This document shows positions 1 through 10,091 of a stretch of DNA of 64,000 nt, one piece after another (position 1 is the first letter of the stretch; every line of letters begins with the position of its first letter). The stretch is taken from positions 2,976,001 to 3,040,000 of the forward strand of contig OZ242320.1 in NCBI GenBank assembly GCA_965208125.1. Reading direction: 5' to 3'. A program made the position numbers and the translations under genes. The stretch is from Candidatus Latescibacterota bacterium (GTDB lineage: Bacteria; Latescibacterota; UBA2968). The notes beneath the pieces are model-generated. The model was not told the DNA's origin. It ran no database searches and worked only from the letters and a program-made list of their open reading frames with translations.

Positions 1-1000
1 AGCACAACAGGACATAACAGACGAGCGCGGAAAAGATCCAGGGGTTGCGCTCCGTCATCAAGATGCCGAAGACAATCATCTGGCTGGCGAGTAAGATTCT
101 GAAGACGCCAACGCGACCTATGCGATCCGATAGCAATCCCCAGAAGAGCCGCCCTACGCCATTGCACAGAGAGCTGACGGCGATAAGCGTTGCCCCATAC
201 TCGGCGAGTGTTACCGGTTCCAGGGATGGATCCGCGAATCCCCAAACTTCTTGCAGGAGTTCCGACTGAAAGCTGATGACGGAGATGCCCGCGGCGATGT
301 TGAAGAAAAATACGATCCACATGAGGGCAAATTCAGAAGACCGCAGATAGGGCGCGACAGTGTCTTCGTATTCCATCGGATCATCGTCAGCAGCGGCGGG
401 TACAACTGCGGCTTTGGGATCGCTTAACACAAAGCTGGAGGGCAAGAGGATACAGGCAAATACTATGCCGAGCCACAAGAAAACAAGGGTCAGATCCGAC
501 TCTGTTCGCAGTACGAGAAAGGGTGCCAATACTTTGCTCAAGAGAAATGCACCCACGCCAAATCCCATCACGACGATGCCTGTCACGAGACCCTTGCGAT
601 CTGGAAACCACTTTGCCGCGGTTGCAACCGGCGTTACATAGCCAAGTCCAATTCCCGCACCGCCGATAACGCCGTATCCCAGGTAAAAGAGTGGGATAAA
701 GTCCAGATGAAGGGCAAGGCTCGCGATCATATATCCGCCGGAAAACATGATGCTGCCCGCGACTGCGAGTTTTCGGGGTCCGAATCGCGGCAGCGTCGCG
801 CCTGCCCAGGCTGCAGATGTGCCGAGGGAAAAGATCGCGATGCTAAAAGCCCACGCAGTTTCTGTGAATGTCCAGCCGAGTTGTCTGACGAGGAGCGTTT
901 GAAAGAAGCTCCACGCGTACACGGTGCCGAAACAGAGTTGCAGGAGCGTGCATAAGAGCGCGATGACGGAACGCGGAATCTGTATTTCCCGTTTTGCCAT
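1..1000 (-). CDS. OFA (oxalate:formate antiporter) family MFS transporter, runs off the window edge
   Basis: Not in the ORF track. Manual translation from ATG at 1000: MAKREIQIPRSVIALLCTLLQLCFGTVYAWSFF...GYGVIGGAGIGLGYVTPVATAAKWFPDRKGLVTG, the typical OFA/YhjX motifs. Confidence 0.9.
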   Translation of the reverse strand, partial: MAKREIQIPRSVIALLCTLLQLCFGTVYAWSFFQTLLVRQLGWTFTETAWAFSIAIFSLGTSAAWAGATLPRFGPRKLAVAGSIMFSGGYMIASLALHLDFIPLFYLGYGVIGGAGIGLGYVTPVATAAKWFPDRKGLVTGIVVMGFGVGAFLLSKVLAPFLVLRTESDLTLVFLWLGIVFACILLPSSFVLSDPKAAVVPAAADDDPMEYEDTVAPYLRSSEFALMWIVFFFNIAAGISVISFQSELLQEVWGFADPSLEPVTLAEYGATLIAVSSLCNGVGRLFWGLLSDRIGRVGVFRILLASQMIVFGILMTERNPWIFSALVCYVLLC

Positions 1001-1002
1001 TT

Positions 1003-1719
1003 TTATGTGTCCGATTGATCGCTTTTTTTACCTTCAGAAACATAGAAGAAGAGATTGGCCAGGTGCCCAACCTCGTCGTCGCGCGATAGCAGTTTGTCGT
1101 CCGAGTCTCCATCTTCACCGCGCGCGCGACCCACTGCATAAGCGAGGAGGTCGCCGAGGGGATTCGCCGCGAGGTTGACGAGCCATATCGCGGCAAAGAA
1201 GCCTACCACGAGTATGATGCAGATGAGATAGACCTGCCTTCCGATTGCTCTTTGAATTTTTAGCGCAATCAACCCCGTGTCCATGCCCACGTGAACCGTG
1301 CCGGCAATGCCTGCCAGAATCGGACTGCCAACTTCCACGAAATCGCCCATTCCGGGCAGATTGCGTTCTATAGCTTCTGTCTTGAATGGGTCGTCTGCTC
1401 GAATGACTTCGGGAATGCCGGGCACAAAGGTGTGGGCGAGAAATTCACCTGATTCATCCGTGATATAGATGTATTTGATGCTCTGGATTTCGACAAACTG
1501 ATCGATGAGCGACTGCAAAGCCGCGAGGTCCCGATTTAAGAGAATATCGACACTGGAGTCGGCGATGGTCTTCGCGATGTTCTTGCTGTTGTTCTCGTAT
1601 TCCTCCGATAAGTGTGTATCGACCGTATAAATACACAAAGCGGATGTTGACAGGCTGATCGCACCAAAGAGCGCGAAGATGCCGAACCGCGTTTTTTGAA
1701 AGAGTTTTTTGATTTTCAT
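1003..1719 (-). CDS. Membrane protein with extracytoplasmic sensor domain and C-terminal HAMP, no output domain
   Basis: Two TM segments flank a Cache-like region; C-terminal HAMP motif NPL...SRDDEVGHLANLF, then stop. Confidence 0.75.
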   Translation of the reverse strand: MKIKKLFQKTRFGIFALFGAISLSTSALCIYTVDTHLSEEYENNSKNIAKTIADSSVDILLNRDLAALQSLIDQFVEIQSIKYIYITDESGEFLAHTFVPGIPEVIRADDPFKTEAIERNLPGMGDFVEVGSPILAGIAGTVHVGMDTGLIALKIQRAIGRQVYLICIILVVGFFAAIWLVNLAANPLGDLLAYAVGRARGEDGDSDDKLLSRDDEVGHLANLFFYVSEGKKSDQSDT

Positions 1720-3038
1720 TTTATGCCAAACCTGTCTTCCCAGTTATCCAGCGTGACAAAACGGTCGTTTTCGACAACTGTGTAATAGACTCGCTGTAGC
1801 CCCTGTCGGCGGTCTGGACCAAAAGAGACCTGTTCGCCGATGCCCAGATCGAAATCTCGAATGCTGAAGACCGCGTCTTCGAGCTGGCTTCGTTGCGGGT
1901 TGTCGTCGAGGCGGCGCAGAATTTCAACCATCAATTTGGCGTTGAGAAATCCCTCGAGACTGACAAAGCTCTGCGCAAAGGGTGTGTAGTCTTCTTTCAC
2001 CAGTTCTTCGGGTGGTTGAGGGGCGTATTGTTGCATCATTTCGCGGTATTCCTGGACGGCTGGTGTGGATGTTTCTTCGTAGCTGGGCACGACCTGGGAA
2101 TTTACGAGCAGTTGCGTGTATGAGTCGCTGTTTTCTTGTCCTTCGGTGAGGAGTTTTAAGAGGTTTTCGCTTCCAACAAAGGACAGGTTGGCAATGGGAA
2201 CCCGCAGGCCGAGGTTAACGGCGTCGCGCGCAAAGGCCGCACAAGCCGCATAGGCTCCAATGCAGATCACCGCTTCTGGGTCTGATGCTTTTAGTATTTC
2301 GACCTGTTTTCGCATGCTGCCGGTGAATTTTTCTCCGCGGCGGTACGTCGCTTCGCCCACGATTTGCTCTCCGTGCCGCTTCAGGGCACTTCTTACGCCC
2401 GCCCATCCACTGCGACCATAAGCATCGGCTTGATAGAATACGGCAATGCGTTTTCGGTTGATACGAACAAAATTATCCACGAGACCGGCGGTTTCCTGGC
2501 GGTAAGAAGCGCGTAGATTAAAGGCAAAGTCGCCATAAGGCGGTTCTCGCTGCGGTTGCGCGCCGGTGAATGGAAAGAATAAGAAGATGTTTCTGTCCTG
2601 GAATTTTTTGAGCATGGGGAGCACGCGGGTTACGGTGGGGGTTCCGACATAACCGAAGAGCAAAAATACTTCGTCTTCCAACATCAATTTCAGGGTGTTT
2701 TTGACGGAGGGGTCGGGTTGATAGCCGTCGTCATAGGTTTTGAGAACTACTTTGCGTCCCGATATGCCTCCCTGCTGATTGATGTGTGTGAAATACGCAC
2801 TGGCACCGCGATACAGTTCGATGCCCAAACCCCGGGACGGGCCGGAGAATGCTGCGGACACGCCGAGTACGATCTCGGTGTCGGTCACGCCAGATGATAT
2901 CTGTGTCATGGTGTGCCTCCTTGTTTGTGGTTCATGCTGGTCGGTGTTGGCGACCGCTATCAGAGTTTTCAACCATGGGGCGATCGCGCAACAGGCAAGA
3001 CCGGAACGGATGAGTGCTCTTCTCGTTATTGGTTTCAT
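1716..3038 (-). CDS. Branched-chain-amino-acid-type (Peripla_BP_6) solute-binding protein with probable Tat signal
   Basis: GVTDTEIVLGVSAAFSGP, DDGYQP and GYVGTPT motifs. Start reset to MKPITRRALIRSG (twin-Arg) to avoid overlap with phyH. Confidence 0.88.
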   Translation of the reverse strand: MKPITRRALIRSGLACCAIAPWLKTLIAVANTDQHEPQTRRHTMTQISSGVTDTEIVLGVSAAFSGPSRGLGIELYRGASAYFTHINQQGGISGRKVVLKTYDDGYQPDPSVKNTLKLMLEDEVFLLFGYVGTPTVTRVLPMLKKFQDRNIFLFFPFTGAQPQREPPYGDFAFNLRASYRQETAGLVDNFVRINRKRIAVFYQADAYGRSGWAGVRSALKRHGEQIVGEATYRRGEKFTGSMRKQVEILKASDPEAVICIGAYAACAAFARDAVNLGLRVPIANLSFVGSENLLKLLTEGQENSDSYTQLLVNSQVVPSYEETSTPAVQEYREMMQQYAPQPPEELVKEDYTPFAQSFVSLEGFLNAKLMVEILRRLDDNPQRSQLEDAVFSIRDFDLGIGEQVSFGPDRRQGLQRVYYTVVENDRFVTLDNWEDRFGIK

Positions 3039-3073
3039 ACGGGATGTGCTCTTTCGCTGACGCCCGGACTTGA

Positions 3074-3874
3074 TCATTCTTCGAGTGTTGGGCGATTTAA
3101 CCGCGTGTGATAAGGCGGTTCCATGACCGCGCGTTGTCGTTCGTTTGCCCATTCGGGTATGTCATAGGCGCGAACGTACGCCATGTTGCCGGCGGTGTAA
3201 CGGGTGAGCGTTGACCGCCGCGGATGATCCGCTTTCCAGGGCAGGGTGCCGTGTGTGACGGCTTCGGTGAAGATGATTGCGTCGCCTGCCTTACAGGTGA
3301 TCTGGCGGATGTGTTCCTGGTGTTTTTGATACAGGCGCATTTCTTGAGGACAGGGATAATTGCTTTTGTGTGATCCCGGGATGAGGGAGAGACCACCGTC
3401 ACCCGGATTGACATCGGTGAGTTGGATGGAGACGACGGTGAGTCCGTTGTGCATTTTGCCATCTTTGAATATATAATACTGGTTGGGGTCAAATCCGGGT
3501 CCAGAGGAGCCGTGGAAGCGGTGGCCTTCGGCGCCTTTGTCCATCCACAACAGAAACATCTGGTGATCGATGCGAAAACCCTTGCCGAGGATTTCGTTGA
3601 GATAGGGCACAATGAGGGGATGCGCCAGCATGTCGCGGAAGGGGTTGCACCAGGGTTCGTCCCAGTGGATGAGGCTGCCCAACTCGCCGCGACCATGCGT
3701 GCCTTCAAGGGCTGGTGAGTCGCCGTCAAGACGCTGTTCTCTCGGGCGAACACGCCCTTTGTCGAGGTGGCGGTCAACCGCTTCGTTCGCCAGGGCGAGT
3801 TCGTCTTCGGTCAAGACGTTTTCTACGACGAGATAGCCGTTGAGGTCAAAGAGATATTTTTCGTTTTCGGTCAT
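3074..3874 (-). CDS. Phytanoyl-CoA dioxygenase (PhyH) family protein
   Basis: YLFDLNGYLVVENVL, GDGGLSLIPGSHKSN, KAGDAIIFTEAVTHG. Confidence 0.9.
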   Translation of the reverse strand: MTENEKYLFDLNGYLVVENVLTEDELALANEAVDRHLDKGRVRPREQRLDGDSPALEGTHGRGELGSLIHWDEPWCNPFRDMLAHPLIVPYLNEILGKGFRIDHQMFLLWMDKGAEGHRFHGSSGPGFDPNQYYIFKDGKMHNGLTVVSIQLTDVNPGDGGLSLIPGSHKSNYPCPQEMRLYQKHQEHIRQITCKAGDAIIFTEAVTHGTLPWKADHPRRSTLTRYTAGNMAYVRAYDIPEWANERQRAVMEPPYHTRLNRPTLEE

Positions 3875-4536
3875 TGTAAATCTTCCGATTCGGGGTCTTC
3901 TATATTTGTGCGGATGACGAGCGTGCCTGCAATAAAGTCGTGCAGTGCCCGGCGTTTCTCATTTGTGAGCATGGTAATTAATTCGGCTACATACCAGATT
4001 AAAAGAATGGAGCCGAATAAGAGAAATCCTGTTGCGAATTCTCTGTTAATTTTTTCTGTGGATTCTATGTCAATGAGATGATCAATGCTTATCGTTCCAG
4101 TTGCGAAGAGATAAACATGATACACTGTTAAAGCGATGACAGCTAAAATTGGGATGCTATCCCGCAATATGGCATGCCTGAAAGATATGGGATTATGGGT
4201 TTTGGCATCAACGACTTTAACTCGGGTAACCATTTTGCCAATGGTTTGCCCATACTTGCCGTGCATGGATACGCTATAAATCCAGTGTGGAAAAAATTGT
4301 AGAAACCAAACTGTCACCAGTTGCCAAACAGGGATGTCGAGTTGCAAAATTAGAGTGAAGATAGCGTGCAATGGCCATAGTACAAGACCATCGACACAAC
4401 CTGCCCAGAGCCTGGGCCAAAAGGTCAAATACTGTTTTTCTGAAGAGACCTTGAGGTTCTTATAATACAACCACGCGATCACTGAAGGTACGAAAGTAAA
4501 AAACAAATTAAACCAAATTTCTGTATTTTTTGTCAT
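3871..4536 (-). CDS. RDD family membrane protein
   Basis: FWPRLWAGCVDG, GQTIGKMVTRVKVV, RRALHDFIAGT; visibly AT-richer than its neighbours. Confidence 0.88.
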   Translation of the reverse strand: MTKNTEIWFNLFFTFVPSVIAWLYYKNLKVSSEKQYLTFWPRLWAGCVDGLVLWPLHAIFTLILQLDIPVWQLVTVWFLQFFPHWIYSVSMHGKYGQTIGKMVTRVKVVDAKTHNPISFRHAILRDSIPILAVIALTVYHVYLFATGTISIDHLIDIESTEKINREFATGFLLFGSILLIWYVAELITMLTNEKRRALHDFIAGTLVIRTNIEDPESEDLQ

Positions 4537-4618
4537 GGGGATGTTCCATTGTTTTGGTACATAATTTTTGTTACCTTATTTACAATATAGTAGATTTCGA
4601 TATAAGGAGGTAATAGTA

Positions 4619-4996
4619 ATGATTAGGATTAAACTTCAAGATATGATGTGGCGGAGACAGATCCAAAGCATTGCGGAATTATCCCGTAGTGCGGGTGTTT
4701 CCAAACAAACGGTAGATGAACTGTATAACCGACCAGACCAAGTTAGCGGGATTCAGATCGAAACACTGGATCGACTGTGCCGGGCGTTGTCCTGTAATGT
4801 AGAAGATCTGATTCAATATGTGTCGAATGATGAGCCTGTTGAGCCGTTCCAAATCGAAATGGTTCGAAGAGATGACCCAGATTATGCCATTTTTGAAAAA
4901 TATGCAGAGGAACCTGCTACGGCATTAGAAGACTGCGATGAGTTGTTTGAAAAGCTCGATTTGATTCGTCGGGGGCAGCGTGACCGTCAGGATTAA
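4619..4996 (+). CDS. XRE/Cro-type HTH protein, probable antitoxin
   Basis: RBS AAGGAGG before ATG 4619; HTH_26-like ELSRSAGVSKQTV...TLDRLCRALSCNVEDLIQY; acidic C-terminal tail; overlaps the toxin gene. Confidence 0.8.
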   Translation: MIRIKLQDMMWRRQIQSIAELSRSAGVSKQTVDELYNRPDQVSGIQIETLDRLCRALSCNVEDLIQYVSNDEPVEPFQIEMVRRDDPDYAIFEKYAEEPATALEDCDELFEKLDLIRRGQRDRQD

Positions 4997-5240
4997 GTCT
5001 TCAGTTCGACGAGCCATGTTAAAACTGCCCGATGCAATTTTGATCAAAGCGTTTCGAACCATTTTGCAGATTAAAGATGCGCCCTATCCGCGCGGTTTCA
5101 AAAAGGTACGTGGTCAGAAAGACCGTTTACGTGTTTGGATTGATCGCAATTATCGGATGATTTACGAAGTGGATTCTGATGCTGAAGTCCTCGACATTGT
5201 ATATGTCGGTCCCAAAAATGAAGCCACTTATAGATCGTGA
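4980..5240 (+). CDS. RelE/ParE family toxin
   Basis: 86 aa, basic; PYPRGFKKVRG..RLRVWIDRNYRMIYEVD..LDIVYVGPKNEATY. Confidence 0.88.
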   Translation: MTVRIKSSVRRAMLKLPDAILIKAFRTILQIKDAPYPRGFKKVRGQKDRLRVWIDRNYRMIYEVDSDAEVLDIVYVGPKNEATYRS

Positions 5241-5242
5241 TA

Positions 5243-6688
5243 TTATTTCACTAGACTCGCATATGCCTCTCGCCCTTGTCGGAAGAGGTCTTTGACTTCT
5301 TCGCGTTGCTGATCGGTGTTGTAGCGGCCATAGGTGTCGATCCATTTGAGCGCGTCTTCGATGCCGTTGAGAAAATACTGCGCGGATTCGTTGCGCTCGG
5401 CAGGCGGACGGCCGCAGGCAAAATAAACCGGGCTGCTGTGCGCGTAGATCGATTGGTCAAAGCTGTCGCGCTGATTGCCCCAGAGCCGGGCGGCGACCCA
5501 GCCGTCGCGGTCGATGTTGACCCGGTGGCGAATGGCGCCCTCGCGTTTGCCTTCGGGATAGTTTTCCCTGTGGATGATGTGTCCGTTCATCGCGATTTCG
5601 GCGCAGTGAATGGGGTAATAGGATGTGAATGTGGATTCTATGTCGAGCGAGCCGCCAGAGGGCAATTCAACTGTGGTGCCCATGGGGTGATCGTTTACGT
5701 TTAGATCAATGGCGGGACCATTGGTGATAAAGGTGTTGCCCGATTTCATACCGGTAATCCAGTTTTCGTAGGAGAACGCGCCTTTGGTATTGACATAGAC
5801 GCGGTTGTTGGAGCAGACGAACCAGTCGGTGCCGGTGGAGGCGGGTAAGGCGATACCGCAGTTGAGCAGTTTGTACCACAGGTCGTATTCGGGGTCCATC
5901 CAGAAGGGGTCGAAGAGGTTGAAGGCGTCCAGTTTGCCCAGTGCCGCGGCAATGGGGGCTTCCATGCCGCGACCGTTGTGACACCATATCACAATGCCGC
6001 CCTGATCGCGGGCTTCGTCGCAGCAAAAGCACAGGGGGGGATAGTCGGGGTCGAATTGCGCGGTGAGGATGTGGCCGCGGCTGACGGGTTGGATGAGGTT
6101 GCGGATGTTGAGGAACATGACGTGCCCATATCCGAACCCCCAGGGCGAGTTTTCGCCGTAGTGGCGGTTTTCTTCGCCGATGTCGAGGATGTGATGTGCG
6201 GTGGTAAATTCGTTCATCACGCCGATGGGATATTTGTTGCTGGCGTAGGGGAGTTGTCTTCTGTCGAGGACGCTTACGACGGTGACGTTATAGCCTTCCA
6301 CGCTGCAGTCAATGGCCAGTCGGTCGTCGGGACGGGTTTCTTTTTCGTCGTAGTGGATGTGTGTGTTGCCCGGGTACCAGTTGTTTTCCTGTGGGATATA
6401 CCAGCGGTTGAGGGTGATTTCGACGTCTTTGACGCCGTTTTCCGGCATTTCGACCACGGTGCGGACGGGTTCGTATTCCGTGCCGCGTTCGACCAATATG
6501 TCGGTGCGCCCGCGCGAGGCTTGAACTTCAAATTCGCCATCGCAGAAGAAGAAGGGGGTGCCGGGTCCGCGTTTGAGCATGGCGTCGCGCGGGTGACAAA
6601 AACGACCGTTGGCGGTCAGGACGTGTACTTTGGCGTTGATGTGTTCGCCTGTCGCACTGTCAATAATATGTCCGTGCAGGGTGCCCAT
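5243..6688 (-). CDS. CehA/McbA family PHP-like metallohydrolase
   Basis: VERGTEY, WYPGNTHIHY, GHV, WCHN, STGTDW, FITNGP and AHSSPVY motifs. Confidence 0.85.
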   Translation of the reverse strand: MGTLHGHIIDSATGEHINAKVHVLTANGRFCHPRDAMLKRGPGTPFFFCDGEFEVQASRGRTDILVERGTEYEPVRTVVEMPENGVKDVEITLNRWYIPQENNWYPGNTHIHYDEKETRPDDRLAIDCSVEGYNVTVVSVLDRRQLPYASNKYPIGVMNEFTTAHHILDIGEENRHYGENSPWGFGYGHVMFLNIRNLIQPVSRGHILTAQFDPDYPPLCFCCDEARDQGGIVIWCHNGRGMEAPIAAALGKLDAFNLFDPFWMDPEYDLWYKLLNCGIALPASTGTDWFVCSNNRVYVNTKGAFSYENWITGMKSGNTFITNGPAIDLNVNDHPMGTTVELPSGGSLDIESTFTSYYPIHCAEIAMNGHIIHRENYPEGKREGAIRHRVNIDRDGWVAARLWGNQRDSFDQSIYAHSSPVYFACGRPPAERNESAQYFLNGIEDALKWIDTYGRYNTDQQREEVKDLFRQGREAYASLVK

Positions 6689-6781
6689 CTTACGCTCCGG
6701 TTATTCGAGATGTGCAATAGCGTTTCGAGAATTCGATCAAATATTCCTTGCAGCCCTCTCAGAGCCGCAAGAAACGCCTGA

Positions 6782-7201
6782 TTATAGATCGAGCTTGTCT
6801 GCAAATGCCAGCATTTTTGCTTCAACCTCCTGGGCAATCGGTTGTAGTGTTTTCTGGTCGATCTCGATTTGCTGTATCCTTTCATCCACATTTGTCGTGA
6901 GACAAAAACGCAGGTTGTGTGTCAGGTCGTGCATCGCGTGCTCAATATGGTCTCGAACCGTTCCGGGAGGGTACATCCATTGCCTTGCCCGAGTCTGTTT
7001 CAGGTTGATGTGGCAATGGCCTTTCCCTCCGTGTTTTTTTGCCTCGCCAAAGCAGTCCAGACGCAAAACCTCCTGGTTGTAAGCATACACAGATGCCGCG
7101 GGACCGTAACCCGCGCGGTCGTTCCGCCAATAGACTTCCAGTCGCACATCGTCTTGTATCGGATATGTAGTCCGATCTTGTCTGCCTGGTTGTGTATCCA
7201 T
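6782..7201 (-). CDS. Hypothetical protein
   Basis: 139-aa ORF with RBS AAAGGA; LRLDCFG...GHCH motif; colinear with neighbours. Confidence 0.7.
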   Translation of the reverse strand: MDTQPGRQDRTTYPIQDDVRLEVYWRNDRAGYGPAASVYAYNQEVLRLDCFGEAKKHGGKGHCHINLKQTRARQWMYPPGTVRDHIEHAMHDLTHNLRFCLTTNVDERIQQIEIDQKTLQPIAQEVEAKMLAFADKLDL

Positions 7202-7353
7202 GACTTTTCCTTTCTGTTGTGGCGCAGATGGCTACATGATCTATGGGTCTTTCTTCAGGATATTATTAAAATTTCTTGAAGTCAAGATACATCTCTTGTG
7301 GAAAAAAAGAAACACTTCTACCAGGGCGTTTTGCGTTTTGTATTGGTCACAGG

Positions 7354-8934
7354 CTATTGGTCGCCCGTCTGGGAATGGGATTGTATCCCGCATTCTATGT
7401 GATCGACGATGATATCCTCTTCGATATTCTCTGCGGATTTTGCGATGGTCAGGCCCAAATGGTTGTCGCCATAAATAAATGGCGGGTTTGATAGCGGGAT
7501 TGTACACGATGGGAATTGGTCGCCGTCGGCCCAGGTCCAGGTCAAATTTTGAGATGGGATTTCTGTGCCGTTGATGTCAACTGTGAGTGCGTCGTCTTTT
7601 GACAAGCCCTGTGCAAAGAAAGTGAGGGTGTTTTCTGAGGGAGTGGATTCTGAGGGGAGATGTTCACACAGGCGAAATCTGAAGGTGTCTCGTTGCCCCG
7701 TTTTTTTGCGGGAGAGGACGAGTTCTTCTTTTTCATAGACTTCGCCCAGGCTTTTGCTATTTGCCCAGAGTGAACGGAACGTGTAGTGTCGATCTGGGCC
7801 GATACGTTGCGGGTCTTTTAATTCTACGAGGTCGTTCATCGCCGCTGGATACATTGTGGGGTTTTTTGCGCCATTAGTTCCCGGGGGTTCAAACTGAGGT
7901 CCCCAGTGAAAGAAGTAATTTTGGGTCGAGAATCCGTCGGCACCTGCGGCATAGAAGTTTTGCAATGCGGCGCGGTATTGGGGCATATCCATGAGAAATT
8001 CTGTGTCGATACTGAGTCTGGGTTGCACTTGAGGATAGACATAACAGTTGTGCTGCCGGGCTATTGATACAAAGTCTTCGTATTTTTCATTGAAGTCAGT
8101 GAATCCAAAATCTCCAGGTGCGACATAGTCGATCAGGCTCTCTTTAATCCAGGTGGGAACGTCTAAGCTCAGATTTTTACAGCCCGCCATTTGCTGGGGT
8201 ACGCGAACGCCGAGGATGAGGTTCCGCTCTCTGCCCGTTGGGGAATGGACATTGTCCAGCATGTTGCGGACTTCTCTGATAAAGCCGGTCATGGTGCTGT
8301 GGCTGTGTGATAGTTCAGCTCGGGGAAAACATTCTGCCAGGCGGGTGAAGTTAAATTCCATGCCGTCGATGTCGAAGCGATTGGCGACTTCTTCCATGAT
8401 GTTGAGGAGAAAGGCGCGCACTTCTGGTATGGCGTAGTTTAAGGAGCACCCGTATTTGCGGCTTTCGGGCGGTGCGCGTCTGGTGGAGGGTTTGTATTCT
8501 CTGAGTACCCATTCGGGTTTTTCGTCGCAGAGTTTTTTGAAGAATTCCGTGTGGTGGCCGTGGCGGTCGTTCATTCGAAAGCCAGCGATAAATTCCATGC
8601 CCTGTTTATGGCATTCGTCGATGTAAATTTCGACGGGCATGATTCCGCTGTCCATTATGGGTATCAGGCGCTGGTGCTGGTGCCGGATGTCGTAAGGGCA
8701 TTTGTCGGTTCGCCAGAACATGGTCATTGCTTCGGCGAAGATTTCCTGCACGAGGGTGTCAATACTTCCCGCAGAGGCGTAATTGCGAACGATCTGACGC
8801 AGTTCTTCGGGTTTGGCCGCCGGTACGCTGAGGTGGCTGGTGGTGTTTGAAGGGTCGCTGACGTAGATGAGACGGCGCGTGCCACGGGGTTGCAAGTGAC
8901 CCAGATGCGAAGATGATGTTTGTGAAGTTGGCAT
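7354..8934 (-). CDS. Glycoside hydrolase-like family 10 (GHL10/DUF187-type) TIM-barrel protein
   Basis: GFRMNDRH, LNYAIPEVR, FDIDGMEFNFTR, LDVPTWIKESLIDY, GADG motifs. Confidence 0.75.
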   Translation of the reverse strand: MPTSQTSSSHLGHLQPRGTRRLIYVSDPSNTTSHLSVPAAKPEELRQIVRNYASAGSIDTLVQEIFAEAMTMFWRTDKCPYDIRHQHQRLIPIMDSGIMPVEIYIDECHKQGMEFIAGFRMNDRHGHHTEFFKKLCDEKPEWVLREYKPSTRRAPPESRKYGCSLNYAIPEVRAFLLNIMEEVANRFDIDGMEFNFTRLAECFPRAELSHSHSTMTGFIREVRNMLDNVHSPTGRERNLILGVRVPQQMAGCKNLSLDVPTWIKESLIDYVAPGDFGFTDFNEKYEDFVSIARQHNCYVYPQVQPRLSIDTEFLMDMPQYRAALQNFYAAGADGFSTQNYFFHWGPQFEPPGTNGAKNPTMYPAAMNDLVELKDPQRIGPDRHYTFRSLWANSKSLGEVYEKEELVLSRKKTGQRDTFRFRLCEHLPSESTPSENTLTFFAQGLSKDDALTVDINGTEIPSQNLTWTWADGDQFPSCTIPLSNPPFIYGDNHLGLTIAKSAENIEEDIIVDHIECGIQSHSQTGDQ

Positions 8935-8955
8935 TTGGTCCGTCCTTGTTCTCGT

Positions 8956-9396
8956 TTATGGTGGGGCTGTGTGTTGCGGTTGCGCGCCATTGGGCAGGGG
9001 AGGAACGTCGATGCCTGCCTTCGGCAGAGTGCCGGTCATTTCCTGCTGCGGGTGTGCAACAAAGCCCGCGGCACAGCAGTAGATCATCTTCAGGGGGATA
9101 TCGCCCGTGTTGGTGAGTTGATGATATTCTCCCGGGGGGATGTACACGGCCTGACCGGCTTTCAGGGTTTGTTTTTCAGTGCCGAGGCACATTTCGCCTT
9201 CGCCTTCGATGACGAAGTAGATTTCTTCCTGTGCCTGATTGTGCCAGGGCACCTGTCCTCCGTTGGGTTCGAAGGTGACGTATCCAACAGAGAATTCCTC
9301 TGTGGGGATGGGGGTGCCAGCACCTGCAACAGGCTGTGTTCTTCTGCGTGCGGGAAATTGTCGGCCTTCAATCTCGCGCAGGTCTGAGATGATCAT
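8956..9396 (-). CDS. Cupin domain protein
   Basis: VPWHNQAQEEIYFVIEGEG...YIPPGEYHQLTN; start reset to MIISDL. Confidence 0.88.
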   Translation of the reverse strand: MIISDLREIEGRQFPARRRTQPVAGAGTPIPTEEFSVGYVTFEPNGGQVPWHNQAQEEIYFVIEGEGEMCLGTEKQTLKAGQAVYIPPGEYHQLTNTGDIPLKMIYCCAAGFVAHPQQEMTGTLPKAGIDVPPLPNGAQPQHTAPP

Positions 9397-9407
9397 GTCG
9401 GGGTCCT

Positions 9408-9998
9408 TTAATCGGCAGCGACTGTTTCGCGGGCTTTCATTCTTTCGCGTTCTTCGATGAGCAAGTTCATCCAGTGTTTCATGTATTGTCCGTGATCGTT
9501 CCACACGCGGCCGCTAACCAAATTGCCATCGATGACGCACGGTTCATCGACGAAGATGCCGCCGCAGACTTCGAGGTCAAATTGGCATTTCCAAACGCAG
9601 GCCATGCGCCGCCCTTTGACCACGCCTGCGCGACACGGGATTTCAACGCCGTGGCAGACGCTGGCAACGGGTTTGTTGTGTTCAAAGAAGTAGCGCGTGA
9701 TGCGAATGAGGTCGGGGTTGTCGCGGATGTATTCGGGGGCGCGGCCACCAGAGAAGAAGATGCCGACGTATTCGGAGGGGTCAACGTCTCGAAAGGCGAT
9801 GTCTGCGTTGATCGAGTATCCTTTCCATTCTTCGGTGATGTCCCAGCCAGGGGAAATTTCGTGGAGTACCATTTGATAGCGTCGTTTGTCTGGACCGGCG
9901 ACAACGGGGGTAAATCCGTCTTCTTGTATCCTGAGAAATGGGTATAGCGTATCGACGGTTTCTGTGGCGTCTCCAACGATGATGAGAACTTTGTCCAT
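9408..9998 (-). CDS. DJ-1/PfpI family protein
   Basis: SGGRAPEYIR and SVCHG nucleophile elbow; RBS AAGGAG before MDKVLII. Confidence 0.9.
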   Translation of the reverse strand: MDKVLIIVGDATETVDTLYPFLRIQEDGFTPVVAGPDKRRYQMVLHEISPGWDITEEWKGYSINADIAFRDVDPSEYVGIFFSGGRAPEYIRDNPDLIRITRYFFEHNKPVASVCHGVEIPCRAGVVKGRRMACVWKCQFDLEVCGGIFVDEPCVIDGNLVSGRVWNDHGQYMKHWMNLLIEERERMKARETVAAD

Positions 9999-10091
9999 GA
10001 TGGTCTCCTTTAATGTAAGGGTGTGTCCCATAGCTTACCTCCAACAATTGTTTTAGAACGGGAGAAATAATACGGGAATTCCCATTGTGTA

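Noticed and set aside
5978-6781. 267-aa plus-strand ORF, and similar long antisense ORFs such as 54319-55170, 56388-57176 and 57301-58008
   Set aside because: They overlap well-supported genes on the opposite strand.
6689-6781. AARNI* reading suggesting a TnpB remnant
   Set aside because: Five residues only, with no upstream zinc-finger or RuvC motif.
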